DNA of 64,000 nt from an uncultured delta proteobacterium. GTDB taxonomy: Bacteria; Desulfobacterota; Binatia; Binatales; Binataceae. The notes under the pieces were generated by a model. That model was not told where the DNA came from and did not search any database. It saw nothing but the letters and a program-made list of their open reading frames with translations. This document shows, piece after piece, positions 1-10,609 of this stretch (positions within the stretch are counted from its first letter, which is position 1; each line of letters opens with the position of its first letter). The stretch covers positions 3,232,001 through 3,296,000 of the forward strand of contig CAWEEQ010000004.1 of the NCBI GenBank assembly GCA_963808235.1. The letters run 5' to 3'. The position numbers and the translations under genes are program-made.

Positions 1-266
1 TCGGCCTGGACCGCGCAATGGTCGCCTTCGCAAATCACCGTGTCGAACTTGAGACTCAGGCCCCCTGGCATCAGCGCCTTCAGCGTCCCGGCAAGAGTCT
101 TGATCCCTTCATGCCCTCTGATCGGCGGGAAACCCTCCATCCGAGTCATCACCTTCCATTCGAAATCGCTCGCGACCATCGTGGCGAGCCTGACGGGATC
201 CGGATCCGCGAACTCACCTAGAAAGTTGAGGGCCAATTCTTTTCTTTCGGCTGGCGTCATGGGCAT
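1..266 (-). CDS. SnoaL/NTF2-like protein (3' end runs off the window)
   Basis: Not in the ORF track. Manual translation gives MPMTPAERKELALNFLGEF...DFEWKVM...PIRGHEGI...DTVICEGDHCAVQA, preceded by an AGAGGAGG RBS. Pattern typical of NTF2-like proteins. Confidence 0.7.
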   Translation of the reverse strand, partial: MPMTPAERKELALNFLGEFADPDPVRLATMVASDFEWKVMTRMEGFPPIRGHEGIKTLAGTLKALMPGGLSLKFDTVICEGDHCAVQA

Positions 267-336
267 CCTCCTCTGAGACTACAGATACCTAATCAAACCA
301 GCGAGAGTCCGCCAACACACGCCGCCCAGTCGTGTC

Positions 337-352
337 GCAAGCGCGATGCCAA
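337..352 (-). promoter_or_regulatory. sigma-54 (-24/-12) promoter for the SnoaL-like gene
   Basis: Minus strand reads TTGGCATCGCGCTTGC: GG-N10-GC with TGGCA and TTGC, about 70 nt upstream of the start codon. Confidence 0.65.
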
Positions 353-459
353 CTGGAGCGAGCCGCGCGATGCGCTTTCTCGCGTCATCGGCTGGTCCAA
401 GGTTGGAGCATTGTTCGCTTCGATGCCCACATCGCAGGCTACCGATTAGCCAATAGGCA

Positions 460-1065
460 TTAGGGCGCGGGGCTATCCGCGCGTTTTGGCTGAAACGTGG
501 GTTCTTCGCCGCGCGCGATTCGCTGAATGTTCTCTCGATGCCTGAAAATGACCAGGGCCGTCATCACGATCGCAAGCAGCAAGTACTGGCGCCGCAGTCC
601 TAGTGCCGCAACAACGGGCGGCAGTGCGATCGCGGCAGTCATCGACGCGAGCGACATGGTTCGGCTGACCGCGAATACGACCCCAAATGCCGCCAGCGCA
701 AACAAGATCGCCAGCGGCGAAATCACGAGCCACACCCCAAGCGCCGCCGCGAGTCCTTTGCCACCGCGAAAGCGGAGGAACACCGAGCAGATCGATCCGA
801 CGAATGCGGCGAACCCGGTCCACGCAATCGTCGCGGCGGGAAAACCCGCTGCGCTCGCGACGACGACCGGAATAGCGCCCTTGAGCACGTCGCCGGCGAA
901 AGTGATCGCCGCAGCGCTCATGCCTCCAGCACGCGCGACATTGGCCGTCCCGATATTTCCCGAGCCGACCGCACGCGGATCGAAGCCGCGCATCCGTCCA
1001 ACGATCACGCCGGTAGGAATCGAGCCTACGAGGTACGCGCCAACTATCAGAAGTGCTTCAGTCAT
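460..1065 (-). CDS. plsY: glycerol-3-phosphate acyltransferase PlsY
   Basis: AYLVGSIP, GSGNIGTANVAR, DVLKG, FRGGKG and RHRENIQRI motifs. Confidence 0.95.
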   Translation of the reverse strand: MTEALLIVGAYLVGSIPTGVIVGRMRGFDPRAVGSGNIGTANVARAGGMSAAAITFAGDVLKGAIPVVVASAAGFPAATIAWTGFAAFVGSICSVFLRFRGGKGLAAALGVWLVISPLAILFALAAFGVVFAVSRTMSLASMTAAIALPPVVAALGLRRQYLLLAIVMTALVIFRHRENIQRIARGEEPTFQPKRADSPAP

Positions 1066-1136
1066 TGTGTTGGCTGGAGGGCGACAGCATTGACGGTGCG
1101 GGCGCTAAACCTTCGCGGCAATTCCGTGAAAAAGAG

Positions 1137-1214
1137 TGGTCGGGGTGACTGGATTTGAACCAGCGACTCCTGCGTCCCGAACGCAGTGCTCTGGCCAGGC
1201 TGAGCTACACCCCG
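1137..1214 (-). tRNA. tRNA-Pro (anticodon CGG)
   Basis: Reverse complement CGGGGTGTAGCTCAGCCTGGCCAGAGCA-CTGCG-TTCGGGA-CGCAG-GAGTCGCTGGTTCAAATCCAGTCACCCCG-ACCA forms a cloverleaf with encoded CCA. Confidence 0.96.
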
Positions 1215-1315
1215 TTTCCGGTTGAGCGTGATCGAACGATACAGACGAATTCTTATAGCATCCGAGCCGACGCCGCGCGAGGCAGGGGCTATCGCCTCGG
1301 ACCCCCCAATGTTTT

Positions 1316-2026
1316 TCAGATCTTCTCATGCGTATGCGCGACCAGATCGCGCATCTCGCCGACAATTTTCGTGTAATCAGGCTTGCCGAAAATTCCCGAG
1401 CCCGACACGAACACGTTGGCGCCCGCCGCCTTCACGTCAGCGATATTGTCCAGCTTCACCCCGCCATCTATCTCCACATCGATGCTGAGTCCGCGCCGTT
1501 TCAGCTCGCGCCGTATGTAGCGCAGCTTGTCGAGCGCCCCCGGGATGAACTCCTGCCCGCCGAACCCCGGATGCACGCTCATCACGAGGATCATGTCGAG
1601 ATGCTCGGCGAACGGCAGTACCCGGTCAGCGTCGGTCTCGGGATTGATTCCAATCGACGCGCGAGCGCCGAGGTCCCGAATCCGTTTCGCCATCGCGGGA
1701 ATGTCCGGGCAGACCTCGCAATGCACCGAGATTGAATCGGCGCCCGCTTTCACAAACTCCGCGACGTAGCGCTCGGGCTCCGCGATCATCAGATGCGCAT
1801 CGAGCGGCAGCTTCGTTACCTTGCGCACCGACTCGAGCACCGGAATCCCAATCGAGATGTTGGGCACGAAGTGCCCGTCCATCACGTCGAAATGAATCAG
1901 GTCGGCGCCGGCCGCTTCGACCTTGTGAATCTCCTCGCCCAGCCGCGCGAAGTCGGCGGCGAGAATCGAGGGTGCAATCTTGTCTGCAGTGTCTATCGGC
2001 GAAGGTCCCCGATTCGCTCGCTTCAT
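1316..2026 (-). CDS. rpe: ribulose-phosphate 3-epimerase
   Basis: IAPSILAADF, HFDVMDGHFVPN, MSVHPGFGGQ and EIDGG motifs. Confidence 0.96.
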   Translation of the reverse strand: MKRANRGPSPIDTADKIAPSILAADFARLGEEIHKVEAAGADLIHFDVMDGHFVPNISIGIPVLESVRKVTKLPLDAHLMIAEPERYVAEFVKAGADSISVHCEVCPDIPAMAKRIRDLGARASIGINPETDADRVLPFAEHLDMILVMSVHPGFGGQEFIPGALDKLRYIRRELKRRGLSIDVEIDGGVKLDNIADVKAAGANVFVSGSGIFGKPDYTKIVGEMRDLVAHTHEKI

Positions 2027-2080
2027 GTGAAGGAGATTAAACGATCGCGCGATCGGGTTGCGAGCCGATTCGCGTCGCGT

Positions 2081-2815
2081 TCAGAACCGGGGCAACGCGC
2101 TCGCCAGCCATGTGCCGATCGGATTCGAGACCATTCGCCGCGATGAGGAATAGTGATAGCGCGAAGAACTATACGAAGAATGATAGCGACGCCGTTTCGG
2201 TGTGCTCGGCGCGAGTCCCGGCAGGTACGTCAAGTATTTCACATTGTGCGGGGCCGGGAACATGGAAGCTTCAGCATATGCAGGAGCGGCCGTGAACGAG
2301 CCTGCCGACGGCGTGCTGGTCGCGGTCGGCGTCACCTGCACTCTGCCGACGCCTTTTCCAGTCAGCCCGATTTGCTGAGCCGCTCCGTGCGACAGATCGA
2401 TCGACCGCCCGCGCACGTACGGTCCGCGATCGTTGATTCGCACCACCACCGACCTGCCGGTATCGGGATTCATTACCCTCACGTGCGAGCCCAGCGGCAA
2501 CGTTTTCGACGCCGCCGTCAAACCTTCGGGATTGTAGATCTCGCCGGTGCTGGTGCGCCGGCCTGCGAAGCCCGGCCCGTACCACGAAGCGACTTCGGTG
2601 TATGGACCCCTGGAATTTAGCGGCGAGGGCGGTGCGTAGTAGGTCGGCTCCGCGCCAATCGGCGACGGAGTGAAATTTTGCGAGGAGCATCCCGCGAGCA
2701 TGAACGCGAGCGAGGCAACCAGCGCGAGCGCCCACCGCAAGCCTTTCGAATCATCGAAATGAATCGAGCGCGGCTCCCCCGGATTCGCGTGAAAAGGATC
2801 GGCTGCGGCTCTCAC
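2081..2815 (-). CDS. rlpA: septal ring lytic transglycosylase RlpA-family lipoprotein
   Basis: Lipobox LAGC; ASWYG, TAASKTLPLGS, VVRINDRGPY and IDLS (DPBB domain). No SPOR domain visible. Confidence 0.85.
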   Translation of the reverse strand: MRAAADPFHANPGEPRSIHFDDSKGLRWALALVASLAFMLAGCSSQNFTPSPIGAEPTYYAPPSPLNSRGPYTEVASWYGPGFAGRRTSTGEIYNPEGLTAASKTLPLGSHVRVMNPDTGRSVVVRINDRGPYVRGRSIDLSHGAAQQIGLTGKGVGRVQVTPTATSTPSAGSFTAAPAYAEASMFPAPHNVKYLTYLPGLAPSTPKRRRYHSSYSSSRYHYSSSRRMVSNPIGTWLASALPRF

Positions 2816-2873
2816 GGCCGTTCGTCATCCATAGGATCAAATAATAGTCTACCCCCGCCGAGTGGGTCCAGAG

Positions 2874-4253
2874 CTAGCGCCGAATTAGCCGCGCCGCGAA
2901 AAAGCCGTCGAGTCCGCCGAGGTCCGGACGCGTTTTCAGAAATCCGCGCGCGTCGAGCAGGTCTTTCACCTGGTCGTAGCCGGGCGGCCGCGGATCGATC
3001 TCGAATTCCGCATGAGTCTTTAGGAAATCGTCGATCACGCCCTCGCCCTCGGCGGGCGCGAGACTGCATACCGAATAAACGATCGCGCCTCCGGTCCGCA
3101 GCAACGCCGATGCAGTCTCGAGCATCCGCAACTGGATCGCCGCCATCCGCGCCGGATCGTCTGGATCAAGCCGCCACCTTATTTCCGGATGCTCGCGCAG
3201 CGTTCCCATCCCCGTGCAAGGCGCGTCGAGCAGCACATACTCAAAGCTCGCCGCTCGAAGCGGCGCCGTCGCGGTCAGGTCTGCGCACACATATGCGAGG
3301 TTCGGATGCCGCAATCGCCGCGCGAGGTCGCGCGCATTTTTAAGTCCGTTGCGATTCAAGTCCACTGCAATCACGCGGCCGCGCTCGCCGACAATCTCCG
3401 CAAGATGGGTCGCCTTGCCGCCCGGCGCCGATGCGCAATCTGCGACGGTCGCGCCGGCGCGTGCTCCGAGCATCCTCGCCACGATTTGCGAGGCCTCCGA
3501 CTGCGCGTGGAAAAGTCCTTCACGATACGAGTCGGACTCGAACCGCGGCGCCGCCTTCAGGACGATCGTTTGCGGCGCGCGCCCATCCGCGCCGATCTCG
3601 AAACCATCTTTGCCGAGCCGCGCGAGTATTTCGGTGCGCGACCCGCGCGCGAGATTCAGCCGAATGACGTTCGGCGCGGCGTCGTTGTTCGCCGCCATCA
3701 GCCGCTCAGCATCGGCGGCGCCAAACCATTCGACGAATCGCTCGACCATCCAGCGCGGATGCGAATACGCGATCGCAAGAAAATTATTTTCATCGCGCTC
3801 GCGCGACGGTATCGGCGCAGTTTCGCGAGTCGCACGGCGCATCACCGCATTGACGAATCCGGATGCCCTGCGCGCCTGAGAATTTCTTTTCGCAAGGCTC
3901 ACCGCGGTGTCGACGATCGCATGCGCCGGAATTCGATCGAGGAAGCGGAGTTGAAACAACCCCATCCGCAAAATCTCGAGCGCAAGCGGCTGAATCGAGA
4001 TAAGTTCGCGGCGAGTCAGCCACGCAAGCTCGTAATCGAGACGTCCCTGCCATGCGATCGTGCCAAGCACCAGCCGCGTGATCAGGCGCCGATCTGCCGG
4101 CGCGAACTCAGGCAGCCGTGCGCCGAGCAGAACGTCGGCGTATCCGGATTCCCGATTGACCCGGAACAAAATGTCGGCCGCCGCAAGTCGTGAGGCGAGG
4201 CCCTGGTCGCGCTCCCGCGGGCGCGAACTTGGCTTAACACCCGTCTCACTCAT
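2874..4253 (-). CDS. rsmB: 16S rRNA m5C967 methyltransferase RsmB
   Basis: NusB-like N-terminus (GFVNAVMR), YSHPRW, DCASAPGGK, LLDAPCTG, VYSVCS. Start set at ATG 4253, overlapping the fmt stop. Confidence 0.93.
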   Translation of the reverse strand: MSETGVKPSSRPRERDQGLASRLAAADILFRVNRESGYADVLLGARLPEFAPADRRLITRLVLGTIAWQGRLDYELAWLTRRELISIQPLALEILRMGLFQLRFLDRIPAHAIVDTAVSLAKRNSQARRASGFVNAVMRRATRETAPIPSRERDENNFLAIAYSHPRWMVERFVEWFGAADAERLMAANNDAAPNVIRLNLARGSRTEILARLGKDGFEIGADGRAPQTIVLKAAPRFESDSYREGLFHAQSEASQIVARMLGARAGATVADCASAPGGKATHLAEIVGERGRVIAVDLNRNGLKNARDLARRLRHPNLAYVCADLTATAPLRAASFEYVLLDAPCTGMGTLREHPEIRWRLDPDDPARMAAIQLRMLETASALLRTGGAIVYSVCSLAPAEGEGVIDDFLKTHAEFEIDPRPPGYDQVKDLLDARGFLKTRPDLGGLDGFFAARLIRR

Positions 4254-5203
4254 TCGCCCAGCCGCGCGCCCGCTGCGATACGTTTGCCGCGAAAAAAATC
4301 CGCCGCAGGAATTCTCTTTCGCCCCGGCGCCTGCACTTCGACCAGCCGAAGCCGCCCGACTCCGCATTGCACCACGGGATGCGGCGTGACGCTGACGATC
4401 GTGCCCGGCACATCGCCGGTCGAATCCTCAGCCTCGACCGCCGCGCGCCAGACGAGCATCTCCTCTTTGCCGAGCCGGGTCCGCGCGACCGGCCACGGAT
4501 CGTATGCGCGCGTCATTCTCTCGATCTGCGCCGCGCTTCCGCTCCAATCGATCGCGGCGTCCTGCTTTTTTACGATCGACGTGTACGTAGCGAGCGTCTC
4601 GTCCTGCGCCGTCTCGACCAACGCACCGCGCCTCGCGAGATCGATCGCCTCCAGCAGCGCCGACGCACCCAGCTCCGCGAGCTTTTCCTTGAGAGTGCCC
4701 TGCGTATCGTCAACTGCAATCGGAATCGCGCGCTGAAGATAGGCCGGCCCCGAGTCCATCTTTTCGACGATCCGCATGATCGTCACGCCGGTCTCGGCAT
4801 CGCCCGCCAAAATCGCGCCTTCGATCGGCGCGGCGCCGCGATGCCGCGGCAGCAGCGATGCGTGCACGTTGATCGGCGCAATTTTCGGCGCCTCGAGAAT
4901 CTGCGGCGGCAGGATGCGTCCGTACGCGGCGACCACCAACAAGTCAGGCTCGAACGCCTTCAACTCGCCGACAAACTCCGCGGTGCGAATCTTCAATGGC
5001 TTCAGCGTGGGAATCCCGTGACGCTCGGCGACTTTGCCGACCTCGCTCGGCTCCATCGCAAGGCTGCGTCCGCGCGGCTTGTCGGGACGCGTTACCACCC
5101 CGAGGACGCGCAAACCGGCTCCGGAAGCGGCCACGAGACGCTCCAGGATATGAGCCGCCAGCGCCGGCGTGCCCATGAAAACGATCTTTAGTGACTCGGC
5201 GAT
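4250..5203 (-). CDS. fmt: methionyl-tRNA formyltransferase (probable non-ATG start at 5203; first ATG at 5176)
   Basis: KIVFMGTP, VVAAYGRILP, NVHASLLPRHRGAAPI, MDSGP motifs; directly follows def. Confidence 0.95.
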   Translation of the reverse strand: MAESLKIVFMGTPALAAHILERLVAASGAGLRVLGVVTRPDKPRGRSLAMEPSEVGKVAERHGIPTLKPLKIRTAEFVGELKAFEPDLLVVAAYGRILPPQILEAPKIAPINVHASLLPRHRGAAPIEGAILAGDAETGVTIMRIVEKMDSGPAYLQRAIPIAVDDTQGTLKEKLAELGASALLEAIDLARRGALVETAQDETLATYTSIVKKQDAAIDWSGSAAQIERMTRAYDPWPVARTRLGKEEMLVWRAAVEAEDSTGDVPGTIVSVTPHPVVQCGVGRLRLVEVQAPGRKRIPAADFFRGKRIAAGARLGE

Positions 5204-5204
5204 T

Positions 5205-5747
5205 TTAGATCCGTACCGCGGAGGGGCGCTCGCTGTCGGCCTTGCCCTCCTTGATCAACTTCTTGAGTTTACGCTTGTACAGCTCGCGTTTGATCCGGCT
5301 GATCCGGTCGATGAACAGCTTGCCGTCGAGATGATCGATCTCATGCTGCAACGCGACCGCGAGCAACTCGTCGGCTTCGATCTCGATCTCTTTTTCGTCC
5401 GGCGTCCATGCGCGCACCAGCACGTGCGCCGCCCGCTCGACATCCGCGGTATAATCGATCACCGAGAGGCAGCCTTCTTCCCAGATTATTTTACCTTCGG
5501 CCTCCACAATCTGCGGGTTGATCAGCTTGAGCAGATGCTTGCCCGGATCATTGTGGTCGGTGTCCAGAACGATAATTCGCTTCGACTCGCCGACCTGCGG
5601 CGCCGCAAGCCCGACCCCCGGCGCCGCGTACATGGTCTGCACCATGCTGTCGATCAAACCCTCGACATTGCCGTTGATATTTTTAACCGCGGCCGCGGGC
5701 TCTTTGAGCACATCTTCGGGAAATTTGCGAATTCTTAGAAGCGCCAT
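5205..5747 (-). CDS. def: peptide deformylase
   Basis: GVGLAAPQVG, EGCLS and QHEIDHLDG motifs. Confidence 0.97.
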   Translation of the reverse strand: MALLRIRKFPEDVLKEPAAAVKNINGNVEGLIDSMVQTMYAAPGVGLAAPQVGESKRIIVLDTDHNDPGKHLLKLINPQIVEAEGKIIWEEGCLSVIDYTADVERAAHVLVRAWTPDEKEIEIEADELLAVALQHEIDHLDGKLFIDRISRIKRELYKRKLKKLIKEGKADSERPSAVRI

Positions 5748-5805
5748 TCTCGATTACCGGATACGACTCAAATCTATCAAAGGGGCCGCGGGGCCGGAAG
5801 TTGAT

Positions 5806-6738
5806 TCACCAAAACTTCGCCGCAAGTCCGATCGGCGCGAGGAACGATTCGACCGCGCGGATGCACTCCTCGGGACGTTCGATTTGCAGAAAATGACTGG
5901 TGCCTGGAATCGCTTCGTAAGGAAGTCTCAACTCCTCGGCCATCGCGCGCCCAATCAGCGCCGGCGGCATCACTTCGTCGAGCGTCGGATCGCCGCATAC
6001 GAGTTTCACCGGCACTGGACAATGCGCCATCTGCGGCCACAGCTCCGGATTCGCGCCACTTGAAAAAACATGCGCCTCGTAGTCGCGCGGACACGCAAGC
6101 ACATAATCGCCCCGCGCGCGATCGTGACGCAGCGTCGCTCGCGCCATCAACTCGTACGCATCGGGCACCCATCGCTTGAACCGCCGCGCGAACTGTTTTG
6201 CAAGATCGATCGGATCGTTGTACCGCTCCGGACGCCGCGCCGCGCGCGACGCGAGCGATTCCTTGTCGCTGCGCTGCAGGTATTGCACCGGATGCCCCTC
6301 GCGCGGGTAAACCGGCGGATCGAACAGCACCAGCGCGTCGAAGCGCGCGCCGTACTTGAGCGCATGCATCGCGGCCGTCACCCCCGACAGCGAATGAAAC
6401 AACCCCGCGGATCGCTTCGCGCCAAGCTCGCGATTTATCGCGTGCCAGACCAGATCCATGTCATCGATAAAATTCTGCCATGTGTGACCGTCGGCGCCAT
6501 GCAGCGGGTTATGTCCATGATTGCGAAAATCGAAAACTATTACCTCATAACGTTCGCGAAGCGGCCCCCAGAACGGAAAGTAACCGTCGATCGCGAGCCC
6601 GTTGCCGTGACTGAGCACGAGCCGCGGCGCATCGGCGAGCCCGTGTTGCCTCACGTGGATAATCGCGCCGTCGTGCATCTTCACGTCGAATGCATGACGA
6701 GCGCGGGGAACATGATGTATCAGCGGAGTTTCGTTCAT
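5806..6738 (-). CDS. alpha/beta-fold hydrolase
   Basis: LSHGNGL, FDFRNHG, FHSLSG nucleophile elbow, GTSHFLQIE. True start taken as MNETPLIHH just after the priA stop. Confidence 0.85.
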   Translation of the reverse strand: MNETPLIHHVPRARHAFDVKMHDGAIIHVRQHGLADAPRLVLSHGNGLAIDGYFPFWGPLRERYEVIVFDFRNHGHNPLHGADGHTWQNFIDDMDLVWHAINRELGAKRSAGLFHSLSGVTAAMHALKYGARFDALVLFDPPVYPREGHPVQYLQRSDKESLASRAARRPERYNDPIDLAKQFARRFKRWVPDAYELMARATLRHDRARGDYVLACPRDYEAHVFSSGANPELWPQMAHCPVPVKLVCGDPTLDEVMPPALIGRAMAEELRLPYEAIPGTSHFLQIERPEECIRAVESFLAPIGLAAKFW

Positions 6739-6743
6739 CGTGC

Positions 6744-9243
6744 TCACAGCATCCTTACCGGATCGATGTCGATCGCCAAATATACATCGTCGCGCTCGGC
6801 GGTTGGCCCCACGTCGGCGCGCATCTGTGCGAGCGCCGCGCGCATCGGCTTCAGCTCGCGCGATTTTACCATCACCTGCCACCGGTAGCGCTGCTTGATC
6901 CTTTCGATCGGCGCGGGCGCCGGCCCGAGCACGCGAATACCGTTTGGCGTCGAGTTTTGCGTAAGCGACTTCGCGACCTGCTCCGCCAGCCGCCTCACAA
7001 TCGCCGGCTCCACACCCTCGATTCGCACCATCGCCATGCGCGCCGACGGCGGGTACTGAAGTTCGGCGCGCAGTTGTAACTCGCGGCGGATGAAACGCGC
7101 GTAATCCTGATCCTTGGCCGCGCGGATGCTGTAGTGGTTCGGCGCGTAGGTCTGGATGATCACCCGCCCCGGACGCTCGCCGCGTCCCGCACGGCCCGCG
7201 ATCTGGGTCAGCAATTGAAACGTGCGCTCGGCGGAACGGAAGTCGGGCATGTTCAGCGCGAGATCGGCGTTCACCACTGCCGCCAGCGTGATGCCGGGAA
7301 AATCGAAACCCTTGGTGATCATCTGCGTGCCGACCAGAATATCTATTTCGCCGGCGCGAAGCTCGGCCAGCATCCGCGCCCGCGCGCCGCGTAGCCCGCT
7401 GGTATCGGAATCCATCCTTTCGATTCTCGCAGTCGGCATCATCTCCGCGAGGGTCTCGGTCAGCCGCTCGGTGCCGAAGCCCTGCCCCTGCAACCCGAAG
7501 CCGTGGCATTCAGGACAGGTATCGGGCGCGGAATCGTGATTTCCGCAGTAGTGGCATCTGAGCGATCGGTCGCGCAGATGAAACGTCATGCTCACGCTGC
7601 AGTTCGGGCACGCGATCACATTGCCGCAGATATGGCATTGCAGAAAATTGTGGAAACCGCGCCGGTTCAGAAACACCATGCTCTGGCCGCCCGACGCGAG
7701 GTTCTCGCGGATTGCCGCTACCAGAGCCGACGACAGCGGCACCGCATCCGGAGCACCCGACCCTGTGCTCGAGGCAGGCGCCGCGCCATTCACAGCCTTC
7801 GCACTTGCGCCCGGCCGGTTCGTCTCGGCGGATCTCCGCGCCTCGGCGACCTCGCGCCGCATATCGACGATTTCAACCGTCGCCATAGCGCGATCGTTCA
7901 CCCGGCGCAAAAGCCGCAAGAGCCGGTACCGCCCGCGCCGCGAATTTGCGAACGACTCGCTCGACGGCGTCGCGGAACCGAGAACTACCGGACATTTCGA
8001 GTAGCCCGCCAGCGCAACCGCAAGATCGCGCGCGTGGTAACGGATGCCTTCCTCGTTTTTGTATGAAGCGTCGTGCTCCTCGTCGACGACGATCAGGCCC
8101 ACATCGTGGAGCGGCGCAAATATCGCCGAGCGCGGCCCAATCATCACTCGCGCCTGTCCGCCAATCGCCGCCATCCAACTCGCCCATCGCTCCGATACGC
8201 TCTGCGCACTGTGCGCGATACCGACCAGCCGCCCGAACCGCAATCGAAATGAACGCACCACTTCGTCGGCCAGCGCGATTTCGGGCACCAGCACGAGCAC
8301 GTTGCGCCCGGCGCCGAGCGCTCGCGCCGCGAGGTTCAGGTAAATCTCCGTCTTGCCGCTCGCGGTGACGCCCCAGAGCAGAAACGCCTGGTACTTGCGA
8401 TTTTCGATCGCCGGCGCGATCGCATCGAGCGCAGTCTGCTGTTCGTCGCTGAGCTCGAATCCCGCCGGCTCAGCGATGTGCGCCGGGACCTCCTGCCTCC
8501 TCGATCACGACCAATCCTCGGCGGACCAGGCTCTTCAACACCGCGCCAGCGTGGGGGATTTCGCCCTTCAGCTCCTCGACGCGCTTTCCCGCACCGCCGG
8601 CTTTTGCGATCGCATCGACGACGCTGCGCTGCTTCGGCCCGCGCAGTTCCTTGCGGCCCGCACTCGCGCCTTCACCGAGACGCGCGACGAGGTCCGCCGA
8701 CTCCCGATGCCGTCCCTGGGTGCTGTCGCGACGTTCGAGCGTGCCGTCCGCGATAAATCGCGCGAGCGCCGCGCGGGTCTCGCGCACCGGACCAAGTTTT
8801 TCGATTTGCTTATGGCTCAGCGCGCGGGAAGTTATCGCCGCGATGATCTTTTTCTCGACCGCCGTAAACGCGGCGCGCTTGAGCGCATCGGGCGGCGCCG
8901 CGAGCCGGTACGCGATCCGCGATTCCACTCGCGCCACCGCCGGAATCACGCTTCGGTACGCGTCTGCAATCGACACCATGTAGTACGAGGCGAGAAACTC
9001 CATCAGCTCCAGATGCGCCCGATCGAACAACGGCCGCGGCTCCATCACTTCGAGTATCGGCTTCAGCTCCCCGGTTGAGAGATTTTCGCCGACTTCGGTG
9101 ACGACCCCCGTGACTTTGCGCGAGCGCAACGGCGCGAGCACGCGATGCCCCGGCTGGACATGGCCGTCGAGCGCGGACGGAATCGAATACGTCAGCGTCT
9201 CGAATCCGCGCGTCGCGCCGACGATTACAATATTTGCGTGCAT
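6744..9243 (-). CDS. priA: primosomal protein N' PriA (apparent frameshift near 8495)
   Basis: N-terminal TYSIP...VLAPL ORF (8470-9243) continues in another frame with LWGVTASGKTEIY, DEEHD, GSATPS, Cys-rich Zn motifs and GTQMITKG. Confidence 0.93.
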
Positions 9244-9394
9244 CCTGGTTCGTCCAACTTATATCCGATGCCGCCGTCACCGTCGCACTGTCGTGGAATG
9301 CCCGATAACCCCCCGCTTTCGCGGGCGCGGCCAGTCTGGTTGAATCGGGATACGGCGCGCGCCCGTATGTCGCGCCAAAGATGGGACCCAACCG

Positions 9395-10561
9395 ATGCTG
9401 CGTTTTCTGACCGCCGGCGAATCGCACGGCCCCGAGCTGGTCGCGATAGTTGAAGGCGTTCCCGCCGGCTTCGACATCGACGTCGCCAAAATCAACGCCG
9501 ATCTTGCGCGTCGCCAGAAGGGCTACGGGCGCGGCGGCCGGATGCTGATCGAAAAAGACGAAGTGCGTCCGGTCTCGGGGATCCGCTTTGGCAAATCGCT
9601 CGGCAGTCCGATTACATTCACTATCGAGAATCGCGACTTCAAAAATTGGACTAAAAAGATGTCCGCCGATCCCGCCGATCGCGCCGAAGGAGTGCCCGTA
9701 ACACGGGCGCGGCCCGGCCATGCCGACCTCGCCGGCGTGCTGAAATACAATCTCGAAGACATTCGCGACGTGCTCGAGCGCGCATCGGCGCGCGAAACCA
9801 CCGCGCGGGTCGCGATCGGCAGCCTCGCCAAGCAGATACTGTCGCCGTTCGGAATCGACGTGCTCGGCTACGTCGCGAGCATCGGCGCGACCGAGGCAAA
9901 CACGCCTGCGACCCTTGGCATCGAGGAGTTGCGCCGTGTCACCGAAGCGTCGCAGGTTCGGGTTGCCGACTCCGACGCGGAGCGCAAGATCATCGCCGAA
10001 ATCGACGAGTGCAAAAAGACCGGCGACACGCTCGGCGGCATCGTCGAGGTGGTCGCAAGCGGCCTGCCGGTCGGAATCGGCAGCCACGTGCAATGGGATC
10101 GCAAGCTTGACGGACGCCTCGCGTTCGCGCTGCTCAGCCTGCAGGCCGCCAAGGGCGTGGAGCTCGGCCTCGGTTTCACCGCGGGACGAATTCGGGGCTC
10201 CGAACTTCACGACGAGATCGGTTACGACAATGCCGGTCGCCGCTTCACGCGTCACTCCAACAATTCCGGCGGCACCGAGGGCGGCATGAGCACCGGCGAG
10301 CCGCTGCGCGTTCGAGTCGCGTTCAAGCCGCTCTCGACCCTGATGCGCCCGCTGCGTTCCGTCGATATCAAGACCAAGGCGGAGGCGGTCGGCGCGATCG
10401 AGCGCTCCGACGTGTGCGCGATTCCGGCCGCGGCGGTGATTGCCGAAGCGGTGGTCGCGTTCGAGCTGGGCGCGGCGTTCCTGGAAAAATTTGGCGGCGA
10501 TTCGCTCTTCGAGATCACCCGCAACTTCAAGGGATTTCTCGAACAGGTCCGCAACTATTAA
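9395..10561 (+). CDS. aroC: chorismate synthase
   Basis: TAGESHG, RPGHAD, ERASARET, SNNSGGTEGGMS and ERSD motifs. Confidence 0.97.
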   Translation: MLRFLTAGESHGPELVAIVEGVPAGFDIDVAKINADLARRQKGYGRGGRMLIEKDEVRPVSGIRFGKSLGSPITFTIENRDFKNWTKKMSADPADRAEGVPVTRARPGHADLAGVLKYNLEDIRDVLERASARETTARVAIGSLAKQILSPFGIDVLGYVASIGATEANTPATLGIEELRRVTEASQVRVADSDAERKIIAEIDECKKTGDTLGGIVEVVASGLPVGIGSHVQWDRKLDGRLAFALLSLQAAKGVELGLGFTAGRIRGSELHDEIGYDNAGRRFTRHSNNSGGTEGGMSTGEPLRVRVAFKPLSTLMRPLRSVDIKTKAEAVGAIERSDVCAIPAAAVIAEAVVAFELGAAFLEKFGGDSLFEITRNFKGFLEQVRNY

Positions 10562-10609
10562 TCGGGCGCGCGCGCGGCTGTCCGCGCCGCAAGATCACAA
10601 GATCATCTG

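Noticed and set aside
1137-1214. tRNA-Pro as an integration site
   Set aside because: No duplicate of its 3' end was seen in the window, and both neighbours are housekeeping genes.
6739-7509. Long N-terminal extension of the alpha/beta hydrolase
   Set aside because: It is an alternative frame overlapping priA. The real start is at 6738.
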